A stretch of 63,891 bases of DNA, counting the filler, from Octopus bimaculoides (taxonomy: Eukaryota), in assembly GCF_001194135.2 (NCBI RefSeq). It is 9 parts of 9 records of this genome, joined end to end, with 100 filler letters (N's around TTAATTAATTAA, not from the genome) between each part and the next. Parts side by side here need not be neighbours in the genome. Positions count along the whole stretch, not along the records: positions 1 to 12,941 come from NC_068986.1; 8 more parts are not named here. One strand, given 5' to 3'. The notes under the pieces are model-generated. The model was not told the origin of the DNA. It searched no databases and saw nothing but the letters and a program-made list of their open reading frames with translations. The translations under genes were made by a program, and so were the position numbers. Shown piece by piece: positions 1 through 12,721 of the stretch (positions within the stretch are counted from its first letter, which is position 1; each line of letters begins with the position of its first letter).

Positions 1-61
1 CATGCATCACTATACTATTATTATTATTATTATTATTGTGTGTGTGTGTGTGTGTGTGTAT

Positions 62-335
62 GAGGCGCAATGGCCCAGTGGTTAGGGAAGCGGACTCGCG
101 GTTTCGATTCCCAGACCGAGTGTTGTGTGTGTTTATTGAGCGAAAACACCTAAAGCTCCACGTGGCTCCGGCAGGGGATGGTGGCGAACCCTGCTGTACT
201 CTTCCACCACAACTTTCTCTCACTCTTTCTTCCTGTTTCTTGAGTAACGCTGCGAAGGACTGGCGTCCCATCCAGCTGGTGGGGAACACATACGCCACAG
301 AAACCGGGAAAACCTGCCCGCGTCATCCCTGTAAG
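62..335 (+). mobile_element. tRNA-derived SINE, family D head with Meta-like 3' part
   Basis: A-box TGGCCCAGTGG and B-box GGTTTCGATTCC. The first ~165 nt match the copies at 4134-4251 and 49688-50076. Confidence 0.85.
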
Positions 336-1012
336 TAGTTTTGAACTTTATATTTTCTGACGCAACTCTATCTATCTCTATCTCTATAACATTTTTTCTC
401 CCTCTCGTTCTTCCTTCTGTTACTACTATATTTCTCTCTTCCTCTCTTTCTCTCGTTGCTCACCTACTTTCTACTTCCTCCCCTTGTTTCTCCCTCTACC
501 ACTCTCTCTCTCTCTCTCTCTCTCTCTTCCTTACCCCTCGCTGGTCACATGTGTCTAGTCACTAATTCTTTTCTTCCTTGGCTTTCGCCGAGCAAACACG
601 CGAACTTACTTCGTCCCGCTTCCCGTTCGTTGCTTCACAGCATTCATTATACACATAATTTTTCACGTCTGGCTGTATAGCCTTTTCTGTTTGCTTTCCT
701 GTCTTCTTTTCTGTCCGCCACTACATTCCTCCATGGTAAAAATTTAATTTGTGTATACAAATTTAATTTGTGGTCCGTGGGAAGAGCCATTTTAACGATA
801 CGTCCTGTCCTACTCTTCAAAACGCCTGTGTTAGAATGGGGGTAGCTGATGAAGGAAAATGTTCTCTATGTGGCCTGCGTGTTTTCTGTACTCTGGTTAT
901 TATTATTTTTTGTCTACGTTTTGTTTGCAATGTCTTGTACCCAGATATGCACCTGTATATACAGGTAGATGCACATACTTGTACGTATATATGCATATAC
1001 TCATTTATTATT

Positions 1013-1080
<68 letters not shown>

Positions 1081-1181
1081 TTGGCCGTTAACGTATTTTT
1101 CTGCAATGTATGGATAATTTATCCTGATCACGCTATTTATTAGCATTATCACGTGTTTGAAAATAAAAAAAATTATTTCTT

Positions 1182-1222
<41 letters not shown>

Positions 1223-2604
1223 GGATGGATGTATGTCGATATATTATTGACATCATTTGAATTAATAACGTGAAATAGTTCTTTTTCGAAACAATAGATC
1301 TCGAAGCACACATTAACGATAGCATGTAAATGGTAAACGTTGGGTTTCCTATCCAAAGGGCTTTTCAACCCCACATTTTTATATATTCGAAATTCACAAT
1401 TCCAAAACAACACAGTTGTGTGTGCGCGTGCATGCGTGCGTGCGCGTGTGTGTGACATGATGTAATACGTACATATATTTCTGTGTTTATGTATGTATAT
1501 ACAAATTTAACCTATAACCGCGAAACAAAAAAATATATATTCCGTGTCGCTTGCCTGCTCCTGAGGACTACTTGTTGGTCAATGACCTTAAGTAGAAAGA
1601 CAAGTTCTTTTGTTTAGGTTCAACAACTAGCCAAACACAAGTCACAAATACTTTCTAGCAAACCTGTCTATGTTCCCGTATATTTCAATTGCGCACAAAA
1701 TTTATGTCTGTGGTTTAATTGACGTTTAAGAGCGGGCAGTAATAAATTTTGATTGAATTTGGATTGGCCGTCTTTCGATATTTATGTTCAGGTGAGGAGT
1801 AAAATTTTAAAAGTTGCAGAAATGTTGTTTTGCGGCCGGGTTATTGACATTGGTTGAATGTAGTAGAGAGAAAGCAAGGTCTTTCCTTTGTGTTTTTACG
1901 TTTCCTTTAACTAGGCTGCGTATATTCGTGCAATTATTAAATAGCTATTTTGTCATTCTTCATTTGACTGCCGCGGCTATGCTAAGTCGATGGCTTGAAG
2001 AGTTTAGTTGAGCAAATCCATCCTTTACCCACGTACTTAAGTATGGTACTTACTCTCTCGGATTTCTTGCTGCCGAACAATTAAGTTATAGAGACGTAAA
2101 CACATGAACACCGGTTAAGGGGCGGGGACAAACATAAAACGTGCAAAGGATGCAATACATACATACATATACACATACATACATACATATGTACATACAT
2201 ATATATACACACACACACATACATACACATAAATATACGCACGTACACAGACATGCACGCACACACACACATCGATGCATTTATTTTTGTAAATGCCTAA
2301 GTTCCACGTACTCTTCCATCTATTTAACCATGAATTCCAAGCAACAACCACTTCTGCGCAAATGAAACCACCATTCTTGTTACATCTAAGTATCATACAC
2401 ACACAACATTAAAATATCACGCCAAATTTGTCCTCGAAAATAACCTTCAGCGGAATTGTGCCAATCTAGAAATACCAGCAGCCCAACCACTAAACATGAA
2501 CACGCAGCTAGAGACCTCAAGACCACTTCAAATGCTAGGCCTATCCCAGATTTTTCAGAACATTTCAAAAATTCCGTTTGACTGGCCTCAAATAGATATT
2601 TATC

Positions 2605-3182
2605 ATTTATCTTTCACTCGTTAAACTGCGGCCGTGCTGGGGTACCACTTTGAAGAATTTTAGTCGAATTAATCGATCCCAATACATTTTTCCTTGTTTT
2701 GCTTTTTAAAGCCTGGTACTTATTCTATCGGATCCTTTTGCCGAACTCCTAAGTTACGGGGACGTAAACACACCAACACCGGTTGTCAAGCGGCGGCAGG
2801 GAACAAACACAGTTACAAGCGCCCACGCACACATATATATGTATATATATACATACATAAGTATATATATATATATATATACATAAGTATATATAAAGGA
2901 GGCCACTAGGTGGACTGCTAATGTGCTAGAAGAAGATCACATGACATGTGATCTTATTCTAACACATTAGTGGCCTCCTTTATATATATTTTTATATATA
3001 CATAGACAATAATCCTTTGAGATCTCAGATATCTTTTTCTGAATCTCCCTGATTTTTTTAATGTGCATGTTCCCTAGCCCGGGGTTATTGTAGAAGACAC
3101 TTGCTCAAAGTGTCACACAGTGGGGGACTGAACGCGGAACCATGCGGTTGGGAAGCGAACTTCTTACCACATAGCTACGCCT
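2605..3182 (-). mobile_element. Old diverged family A SINE with expanded internal microsatellite
   Basis: 3' half at 2605-2812 and head at 3055-3182 match the reverse complement of family A; TA repeat and a hairpin lie between them. Confidence 0.7.
2888..2988. repeat. Short palindromic MITE-like hairpin in a TA repeat
   Basis: tatatataaaggaggccacta...tagtggcctcctttatatata plus inner stems ctaatgtgctagaa/ttctaacacattag and aagatcacatg/catgtgatctt. Confidence 0.7.
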
Positions 3183-3328
3183 GTACCGTTTGGACATCAC
3201 AAGGTGCAATTTCTGTAGAAGAGGATGTCAGTTAGCAAACTTGTACATACATTCATCAGCATCAGAGTAGTTTACACACGATCAGATTTCATAGTTTCAT
3301 TTAAAATTGGCCAGGGATAAATTTGATC

Positions 3329-3477
3329 ATGTCTGCATTTGGTGAAAATTTCCTTTGCAAAATCGGAATGACAGTCTGAGAATTGAACCGGGCGAACTGG
3401 AGTGGCTGCTGCAGCGAGTGTCGCTGACCATTTTCCGCGGCAATGCCTGTGCAGTTATGTCCGCGAAGCGCAGCTGA
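3329..3477 (+). mobile_element. Possible decayed 3' end of a CRE-like non-LTR retrotransposon
   Basis: EWLLQRVSLTIFRGNACAVM resembles the QRxSxxxxRGNA C-terminal motif of CRE-type elements; a frameshifted upstream piece reads AFGENFLCKIG. Confidence 0.35.
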
Positions 3478-3994
3478 ATACACCATTCGGACTGAGATGT
3501 ACAACGGGTTATCCGCTATCACCCACCTCTTTCATTGTTTAATTCCGCTGTTTTTTCTTTGCTTCCGCGTTGAAGTAATTCTGTTTTGATTTTGTTTCGA
3601 TAATTCAATATTTTTTCATACATTTGTTGTTTCCAGTCATTTTCTAGGTTGAAAGGTCAAGTCCTTCTCATAGTTATTTTTCAGTGTTGAGCCACAAACT
3701 GGTAACTTTTTGTTTCATAGAAGAAAAACTGAATTGATATCATTCACTGAATTCATTCATTCTTTATATAACAGAATTACGTCAAGTAAAATTCCACAAT
3801 TCTAATAGCAACACTGCCTCGCCTTTCTCTCCTCCTTCTTATGGCCGATGTTATTCCCGTCTATCTCTCCCTCTCACTCATGACGTCTTTCCTCCCACCA
3901 CACTATTATCATTGCTTCTACTGTTAAAAGCTTGGAAGTAAATAAACTTTCCTCACTATATCAAAATCTATACAGAATAATAATAATAATGGTG

Positions 3995-4132
3995 TCAAAT
4001 TTAGGTACAAAACCAGCAAGTTCGGGTGAGTAAATCGTTTACATCGAGCCCCTACTGCTCAACTGGTACTTATCTTATCGACCCCAAAATGATAAAAAGA
4101 CAAAGTTGGCCCTGGTGGCATTTGAGCTCAGA
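3995..4132 (-). mobile_element. Family C SINE fragment
   Basis: ctggtacttatcttatcgaccccaaaatgat...tttgagctcag matches the other family C copies. Confidence 0.7.
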
Positions 4133-4133
4133 A

Positions 4134-4251
4134 AGAGTGAGAGAAAGTTGTGGTGAAGGAGTACAGCAGGGTTCGCCACCATCCCCTGTCGGAGCCTCGT
4201 GGAGCTTTTAGGTGTTTCCGTTCAATAAACACACACAACGCCCGGTCTGGG
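4134..4251 (-). mobile_element. Family D SINE fragment
   Basis: Reverse-complement match to about 108-228 and 49890-50010. Confidence 0.85.
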
Positions 4252-4468
4252 CTTAATAGGTGTTTACGTTGACCAAAATAACTGCACCTGGTTTGGCAAA
4301 ATCAATAACCCAGAAAGGCTGTGGAACCAAAGGTTCTGGAAAATCGATGTTGGACCTGTATTGGTTTTGACATTTAGAAAGAGGTACGGGTTAAACCACA
4401 TAATGTTAAGTCTTATAAATTTATTAGTTATTTGAGGGAGGATGATAGCTTCGGAGTGAAGTGACTTT

Positions 4469-4614
4469 TCAGTTATTCCTTGTAGAAAGAAAAAGAGAAA
4501 AATACATATCACACCTGTAATACGCCAGCAAAGTCTTGAGGTCTTTCAGTTCTACAAAGTAAGCAGAAATCAAGACTGAAGTTAGCAGTTTAACCCGTCC
4601 ATCTTTAACATGAG
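4469..4614 (-). CDS. Candidate (terminal) coding exon, unidentified
   Basis: Acceptor ttttggttttaattctttaactctgttacag|, phase-1 open frame (A)HVKDGRVKLLTSVLISAYFVELKDLKTLLAYYRCDMYFSLFLSTRNN*, AATAAA about 44 nt after the stop (4420-4425). No homology recognised. Confidence 0.3.
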
Positions 4615-5907
4615 CTGTAACAGAGTTAAAGAATTAAAACCAAAAACAAAATAACATTTTATTACTTCATTATTTTTTTTATTATTTTTTCAAAAAAAAA
4701 AAAAAAATCTTTATTGCCATTCCTTCTCTGAAAGAGTTTGGACGTGGGTACATCTTTCTTTTCCACTCCAACAAACTGACAATTCAGAAACAATATATTT
4801 ACATCCAGTGACAGCTGCAAGCTTAGTATAATCATTATAATTAATTTAGTGTGGACTGTTTCCATCATACACCAGGATAAATTCTTGTAGGAATGGCATT
4901 CTAAACAGCAGATACTGCAAAGGCTGCGTGCGATGTACACACATTATACACACATTTAATCTATTTAAACATTATACACACCTGAATAATAGAGTATATG
5001 CATACCTCTCTCTCTCTCTCTCACTCTGATGTGTGTGCACATATAGATAGATAGATGCATACATATACATACTTATATATAGATAGATTTGAGAGTTGAG
5101 TAACGTATTATGTAATCTTATGTTGTGGATATTACATACCTGACAGTACTACGTTGAGGTCACAATAAAAACTCTTAATGCAACACTTGTAGCAGTATCA
5201 GATAACTCATTCGCGTTTTTATTATATATGTGCATATATTTGTATGTATATCACATATATTGTATACACATACATATATAAAGATATATATATATGCACA
5301 TACATGCGCACACACATATATAACACAAACTATTGCATCATCAATAACAGAGGGAAAAGTACTCAATACCTGAGGTAGAATGTATAACTTATCAAGTCAG
5401 CCAGATCCAGAGTTCACAGAACACAGTTTGCTTCAATCCCGCACCTAAAAATCCCTGATGGCCCTCTGTTGTTTTAGGGTAAGTTTGCAAGCCGAATGAT
5501 TGAAGCATAATTATTGTCTTTGAAACTGAGTACAGGTGAAAACCAATTCCTACTGACTTGATAACATATCATGACAAGTATATCACGCATATATGATATA
5601 TCCACATCGTATGTGTACATTTGTATAACATACATTAAAAAAAAATCATATATCAATGCACATAGGTAAGTTTGCTAGAAAAAGCAAACACTAGTCTAAA
5701 CATTATATATATAAAACATTATCAACCATATATACTTAAGTTATATGCCGGTATGCTGTACCAGGTGTTAAAACACCTGAAAATATTCTAACACCCAGCA
5801 CTGAGAGAGCATTCTCCCTCACGCCAAATACACAGTGCTTCTGCATCAAATATATATGGTTGATAATATTCATTATGCCAGCGCTGCTTCAATTTCATAT
5901 GGGAATA

Positions 5908-5940
<33 letters not shown>

Positions 5941-6719
5941 ACCCATCCACACACATATATATATATATGTTATAGGACAGATTTTCTTAGTCGTAGAGAT
6001 AATACATCTACAAATTCAAGACAAAGTATTCTATACATTTACTCACACATGACCCCACGTTAACCAAATATACATTAATCATATAAACACTATCAATTAT
6101 ACAAGCATACATAGATCTATAAACCCAGTCACAATGGATTCTAGTATGTGCACATATGCAAGAATCTGGCAGGTATATATATATTGGCATATTAGGACAA
6201 AAAGGAAGACTATGTGCACACTTAAGTTATTAAATATATGCATATAAAGAAGAAAAAAAAAACCTTTAGAAATATATACAGACACACGTGGCTGCACACC
6301 CAGCTAGTTCTACTTTCTTGCAAATACACAATCCTACATTGCATATGTAAATGCATCAACATACTTTTTCAGATTGTCTGCATGTGTGTGTGTGTGTGTG
6401 TGAGCACGCGAATATACACACTCTCTATTATAAATGTTTATACATAAATAAACACACAGGTACTGTGAGTGTATACATGTGTGTATATGAGCACACATAA
6501 TGTATGTGATAAACATACATACTATATTTGTATGTATGCATAAATATATATATATACACACACATGTATATTGAAACATGCTGTATGTATATTTATACAC
6601 ACACACATATATACATATGTATGCATACATATATACCTACATATTTATAAATGTGTAATTGTATATTTGTGTATGTATAGCAGACATACACAAATGAAAA
6701 TGCACATGTATGTATGCAT

Positions 6720-6772
<53 letters not shown>

Positions 6773-6971
6773 TCTAGATACATATATACTTGCATTATAT
6801 ACTATTAAATAGCGTCAGTGTCCTACTCACAGAATTGTGAAGAAACTATTTTTCATCTTGTAGCAGCAAGTACTATTAAGACAAAAAAACAGTAAATAGT
6901 GAACGTAACACCACTTCTGTGTTCTTAAATGGCTAAAACTATTTTCCCAGTATTCATTGCTCCCATTGATT

Positions 6972-7008
<37 letters not shown>

Positions 7009-7132
7009 TACAATTAAAAGGGTAAAGGTTTAGCAATTTATTAATAAATCAACAATTAATAATTTTTACCAAGCCCTTCGGTATGTAAACACCATTATCG
7101 GTGGAGAGCTTATTTAAAAGTTCTTATACATT

Positions 7133-7284
7133 TATAAACATAATTAAGGGATCAGCAAACATTTGCTTCACCACATACCGAAGTTCAGAAATAGCAGCTA
7201 AAAAAGCTGAGACTCCAACAGATAGCATTACTTGTAACTCAAATGTTGAAGCAAATGTTTGCTGATCCCTTAATTATGTTTATA
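7133..7284. repeat. Perfect 38-bp inverted repeat within a probable repeat element (about 7020-7285)
   Basis: tataaacataattaagggatcagcaaacatttgcttca at 7133-7170 is the exact reverse complement of 7247-7284. Confidence 0.85.
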
Positions 7285-7286
7285 TA

Positions 7287-7318
<32 letters not shown>

Positions 7319-7339
7319 CATATATATACATACATACAC

Positions 7340-7476
7340 GTTAGGTTGGCGTTAGGAAGGGCATCCAGCTGTAGAAACTCTGCCAAATCAGACTGGAGCC
7401 TGGTGTTGCCATCCGGTTTCACCAGTCCTCAGTCAAATCGTCCAACCCATGCTAGCATGGAAAGCGGGCGTTAAAC

Positions 7477-7509
<33 letters not shown>
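7340..7509 (+). mobile_element. Family B SINE 3' part with (GAT)n tail
   Basis: gttggcgttaggaagggcatccagctgtagaaactctgccaaatcagactgg...gttaaacgatgatgat; the same sequence recurs several times in the window. Confidence 0.9.
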
Positions 7510-7582
7510 ACACGCACGAGTATATGTGTCACTTGAATGTTGACTTTCAGAAGTGAGAGTACTCAACAGTAGAAAGTAATAA

Positions 7583-7757
7583 TATTTTTATTTTGGTCAA
7601 GTCAGTCTCTTGTTCCTTTGAGCTTTGTTTGTAGGTACATAGGCTCTTCAGGCCTTGCAAGTTATGAGCTACGACAATTGTAACTCGCCTGAACGTCCTA
7701 TGCAACCACTGGCAAAATTCAGAGCAGCTGGCAACTGTCTTGACCAAAATAAAAATA
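7583..7757. repeat. 70-bp imperfect inverted repeat (fold-back) with 35-nt loop
   Basis: Arms 7583-7652 and 7688-7757 align without gaps (about 19 mismatches by hand, outer 19 bp perfect). Third copy at 12641-12710. Confidence 0.8.
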
Positions 7758-8527
7758 GTTTATACCCGGATATGTATCCAACAATAATAACTCTTTGCTA
7801 GATTGGGCTACGGTGCCCCATGTATGACTAAAAGACTTCACCAGGTGGTGCTATTGAATTAGACATGGTCTGGGCCTATACTGGCCGAAACCTATCAAAT
7901 TTATTAACTATATTGTGCATATACACACTCAGATATATATGATCTATACATAAAAATCTTTACCATTTATATAAGTTAATTAATTATTCACATTCTTGAG
8001 GGAGTTACTGCAAGTTAAAATTTATGAAGAGGTCTAGTGTGATATGGCACTAGATCAGATGCTAATTGCTGTAGTTTATCTGTCAGTGACTAAGCCGAAT
8101 TATATGAATTTCAAAACATGACATGACTAAATTGTTAAAATTACTAGGTAATAAGAACCCAAATCTAAAACCAATGAGGGATTTCTTATTTCAAACATTA
8201 AATAAAAGCATAGTCTACACTTGGTGTAATCTTCAGATATGATCTGCCAACCAACAATAGTGGCTTAGTTGTATTTCCATTCGAGGTTCTGTTTTTTTTC
8301 TTTTTATTTCTTGTCTTAAGATATATTGTTGTCTTTACTAAATACAGTACATATTTTAAATATATACTTAATTATATATACACTCACTTAAGGACAGTTA
8401 TCATGCTGTATTCCTTTGAGCCGTTGGATCCTGTCAAGTTGTCCAAAGCATGCCAGCATGGAAAGTGGAGGTTAACTATAGATTATAATATTTACATGCA
8501 TGTAAATATATATACACACACACACAC

Positions 8528-8600
<73 letters not shown>

Positions 8601-9259
8601 TACACACATACATACATCTATAAATATATACTGACATTATTTACATATTTATAATTACATTTTTATAAATATATATATTGATGTCTTCTATAAAATGTTA
8701 CACACACACATATTTATGCAAATGTGTGAATTTATATATATCTTATAAATAATGTATATATTTATATATGTACTATCAGTAGATACACATTTACAAATAT
8801 ATAAATACATTTATAAATATATAAACACATTTATAAATATATACATGTATAAATAGACACATATAAATATATTATATACATTTATAAATATATATGTAAA
8901 TAGATGCATGCAAGCACTCACACACATGTATATATGTATTTATATACAGACACAGACATATCTAACTGAATGATATTCCTATGCTTAACTATTTGATGCA
9001 GTTCACATTCATTGCCTAGCATCGCCGAACAGGTATGAATGACCAACATCGAGTGCACAAATCTTTGGGGGCCTGCAGAATCTATCTGATTTCCTTGCCA
9101 CACAATTCTATCGGAGACCAAACACTTCAAACACAGGTGTGTATTTATCACTTAGCCATTTCTGCATGAAAACACAAATGCTCAACATATAAATGTATGT
9201 ATAAATGTGCGTGTGTATGAATGCACATGCATAAATGTGTGTATAAATGCACGTATATT

Positions 9260-9303
<44 letters not shown>

Positions 9304-11404
9304 TACACATGTATGTAAATGTACATAAGTAATATGCATGGTATATGATATATGCTTATGTATTGGTAAGTCTCCGTTGGAGACAGTGCAATGTAACAGC
9401 CAATGCGACTACTGCAACAGCTGTTATTTAAACAACAACAACAAACAAAAAAATTAAATTAAAAAAATTGAACAATAAATTAAAATTTTTGAAGGAAGAA
9501 AAACATTTTTTAAAAAAATAAAAAAATAAATTTAAATATCTGCCGTTGTTTGTTTTAGAATAAGTTTTNNNNNNNNNNNNNNNNNNNNNNNNNNNNNNNN
9601 NNNNNNNNNNNNNNNNNNNNNNNNNNNNNNNNNNNNNNNNNNNNNNNNNNNNNNNNNNNNNNNNNNNNNNNNNNNNNNNNNNNNNNNNNNNNNNNNNNNN
9701 NNNNNNNNNNNNNNNNNNNNNNNNNNNNNNNNNNNNNNNNNNNNNNNNNNNNNNNNNNNNNNNNNNNNNNNNNNNNNNNNNNNNNNNNNNNNNNNNNNNN
9801 NNNNNNNNNNNNNNNNNNNNNNNNNNNNNNNNNNNNNNNNNNNNNNNNNNNNNNNNNNNNNNNNNNNNNNNNNNNNNNNNNNNNNNNNNNNNNNNNNNNN
9901 NNNNNNNNNNNNNNNNNNNNNNNNNNNNNNNNNNNNNNNNNNNNNNNNNNNNNNNNNNNNNNNNNNNNNNNNNNNNNNNNNNNNNNNNNNNNNNNNNNNN
10001 NNNNNNNNNNNNNNNNNNNNNNNNNNNNNNNNNNNNNNNNNNNNNNNNNNNNNNNNNNNNNNNNNNNNNNNNNNNNNNNNNNNNNNNNNNNNNNNNNNNN
10101 NNNNNNNNNNNNNNNNNNNNNNNNNNNNNNNNNNNNNNNNNNNNNNNNNNNNNNNNNNNNNNNNNNNNNNNNNNNNNNNNNNNNNNNNNNNNNNNNNNNN
10201 NNNNNNNNNNNNNNNNNNNNNNNNNNNNNNNNNNNNNNNNNNNNNNNNNNNNNNNNNNNNNNNNNNNNNNNNNNNNNNNNNNNNNNNNNNNNNNNNNNNN
10301 NNNNNNNNNNNNNNNNNNNNNNNNNNNNNNNNNNNNNNNNNNNNNNNNNNNNNNNNNNNNNNNNNNNNNNNNNNNNNNNNNNNNNNNNNNNNNNNNNNNN
10401 NNNNNNNNNNNNNNNNNNNNNNNNNNNNNNNNNNNNNNNNNNNNNNNNNNNNNNNNNNNNNNNNNNNNNNNNNNNNNNNNNNNNNNNNNNNNNNNNNNNN
10501 NCCTTTAAATTTTAAATTACTTTTTCTTTCTTGCTTTTCTTCATTATATTTTTTTCTCTTTCTCCTTCGTATTTGCACCTCAGACTGCCCCATCTTTCTT
10601 TTCCTCTTATTCTATTGTCTCTTTTCCCTTTTGTAAAATACATTTCCAAAGGAAAAGGAAAACAAGAGGGGGCAATACACATCTTAGTAAAGATGCATTT
10701 AAAGAAAAATGTTTCCTCATTGCCCATATCTTAAAAAACAGTACACATATACATACATACATACATATATATATATACATATATATATATACATACATAC
10801 ATACATATATATATACATATATATATATATATGTATGTATATGAAGTTTTAAAAAGATGGACAATTAATGGAACTCGGCAATGAACCAAGCATCAAGCAA
10901 ATAGCTGCTGGGGGAGGAGAAGTGGAATTTTTAAGAAGACACCTTGTCTCTTTCTACACTTAGACCCGACCCACAACTGAAATCTGGGTCAACACAAGGA
11001 TATTTAGAAGGAGGAATGTGGAAAGAGAAGATTTAAATATTTCTTTTTAAATCATTAAAAAAAAAAATAAACGTTAAATAGTTTAATGATTAACAACTAT
11101 GTTACCAATTGTGTTGGTCACAAGATGCTTTGCATGGCTACGGATGGTTTTTTTTTTTTTCCTTAAAAAAATTCATATAAAGCACTTGAGACTTTTGGCC
11201 TGGAGTCCATTTCAGTTTTTTTTTTGTTGTTTGTTTGTTTAGTACAGCCAAGAAAAAAAATCTTTTACAAAAGGTCCCAAGAAAATTAAATGTCTTCTGC
11301 AGCATCATAAAAGAACCAGTAGTTTTCTCTGTTCTGGCACTCTCTGCATTGCTAAAACGCCAAGTTTCACAAGACCAATTAATCACAGTTTGCTAAAGAA
11401 GAGT

Positions 11405-11601
11405 TCACCGGTCAGACAACTTGTAGACAACAAGTTCGTATGTGGACATCACTATTGCTGTGTTAGGTATCTGACGTACGAACTGTGTGCCAAGACCACG
11501 GTACAGAGCCAAGAAACCTTCTTCGCGAGCAACGAGGAATAACGTCTGGAAAAAGGAGGTGTATTTGTGGCCTTCTTGACGTAACCTTGTCCGTGCAACT
11601 T
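11405..11601 (-). CDS. SLC25A36: Terminal coding exon of mitochondrial pyrimidine nucleotide carrier (SLC25A36/SLC25A33, Rim2 family)
   Basis: Strong acceptor (tttttttgtttttgcag|) gives a phase-1 start, then (E)[64 protein letters not shown]. This matches the SLC25A36 C-terminus as I recall it ([21 protein letters not shown]...[26 protein letters not shown]). Missed by the ORF track because it has no upstream ATG. Confidence 0.93.
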
Positions 11602-11814
11602 CTGCAAAAACAAAAAAAGATATAAAAAAATAATATTAACTCCTTAATTAAACAGAAGGAAAATAATTATAGAAAATATCTATAAACGATCGAATAAAGT
11701 GTACATTTTTACTTGTACTTATTTTCTTGATTGCCAATGCCAAATACAAAAACCGACCCTATCATGATGTTGAATTAAACTTACTAAAATACATCTAAGT
11801 GAATGCTTTACTAA

Positions 11815-12585
11815 TATTCTTTTCTACTCAAGGCCCGAAATTTTGGGGGATGGAGCCAATCGATTAGATTGACTCCAGTATGGCCCTCAATCTCTGTATT
11901 GGTTAAAGGGTTGAACATCATTATCATCATCATTATTAACTCTAGCATTTAAACTGGCCATATCTGACCCAAATATAATACTTATTTCTTTGTTGCCTAC
12001 AAGAGGCTAAACAAGGACAGACAGAAGGATTAAGTCGATTACATCAACCCCAAAAGGATGAAAGGCAAAGTCAAACTTGGCAGGAATTTGAACTCAGAAC
12101 ATAAAGACAGACGAAATATAGCTAAGCATTTCGCCCAGCGTACTAACGTTTTTGCCAGCTCGCCACGTTGCTAATATTCTTTTCTACTCTTGGCACAAGG
12201 CCCAGGATTTTGTGGAGATGGGGCCATTTGATTAGATTGACCCAGTATGTAACTGGTACTTAATTTATCAACCCCCAAAAGGATGACAGGCAAAGTCGAC
12301 CTTGTCAGGAATTTGAACTCAGAATGTAAAAACAGACGAAATACCTATTTCTTTACTGCCCACAAGGGGCTACACACAGAGGGGACAAACAAGGACAGAC
12401 AAACGGATTAAGTCGATTATATCAACCCCAGTGCCTAACTGGTACTTAATTTATCGACCCCGAAAGGATGAAAGGCAAAGTCGACCTTGTCAAGAATTTG
12501 AACTCAGAATGTAAAGACAGACGAAATACCGTTAAGCACTTTGCACGCCGTGCTAATGTTTCTGCCAGCTCACCACCTTGCTAAT
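11815..12585 (-). mobile_element. Tandem cluster of about 4 family C SINE copies/fragments
   Basis: Repeated aaaggatgaaaggcaaagtc...ggaatttgaactcagaa...gacgaaata units, all in the same orientation. Confidence 0.85.
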
Positions 12586-12721
12586 GCTGTAAACTCAAAT
12601 ACTTTCCAAAACCAATTACTAAGGGGCAACATACAACTTGCCTGAATATCCTATGTACCCACTGGCAAAACTCTGAGAAGCCACAGACTGTCGTGGCCAA
12701 AATAATAATATATTCACATAT

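Noticed and set aside
800-900. GTC...stem...CTGATGA resembling a hammerhead ribozyme
   Set aside because: The GAAA half of the core is absent after the putative stem II.
4323-4346. Walker A-like GTKGSGKS on the plus strand
   Set aside because: Short ORF closed by stops, no preceding hydrophobic strand, no Walker B, no splice support.
9094-9125. LATQFYRRPNT on the plus strand resembles [12 protein letters not shown] of the carrier exon (possible antisense partner)
   Set aside because: Only about 25 of 35 matches with gaps; compatible with chance.
9350-9420. Acceptor followed by a hydrophobic peptide AVAVVALAVTLHCLQRRLTNT* (minus strand)
   Set aside because: Very short, no partner exon or homology, and the upstream tract is just an AT-rich repeat.
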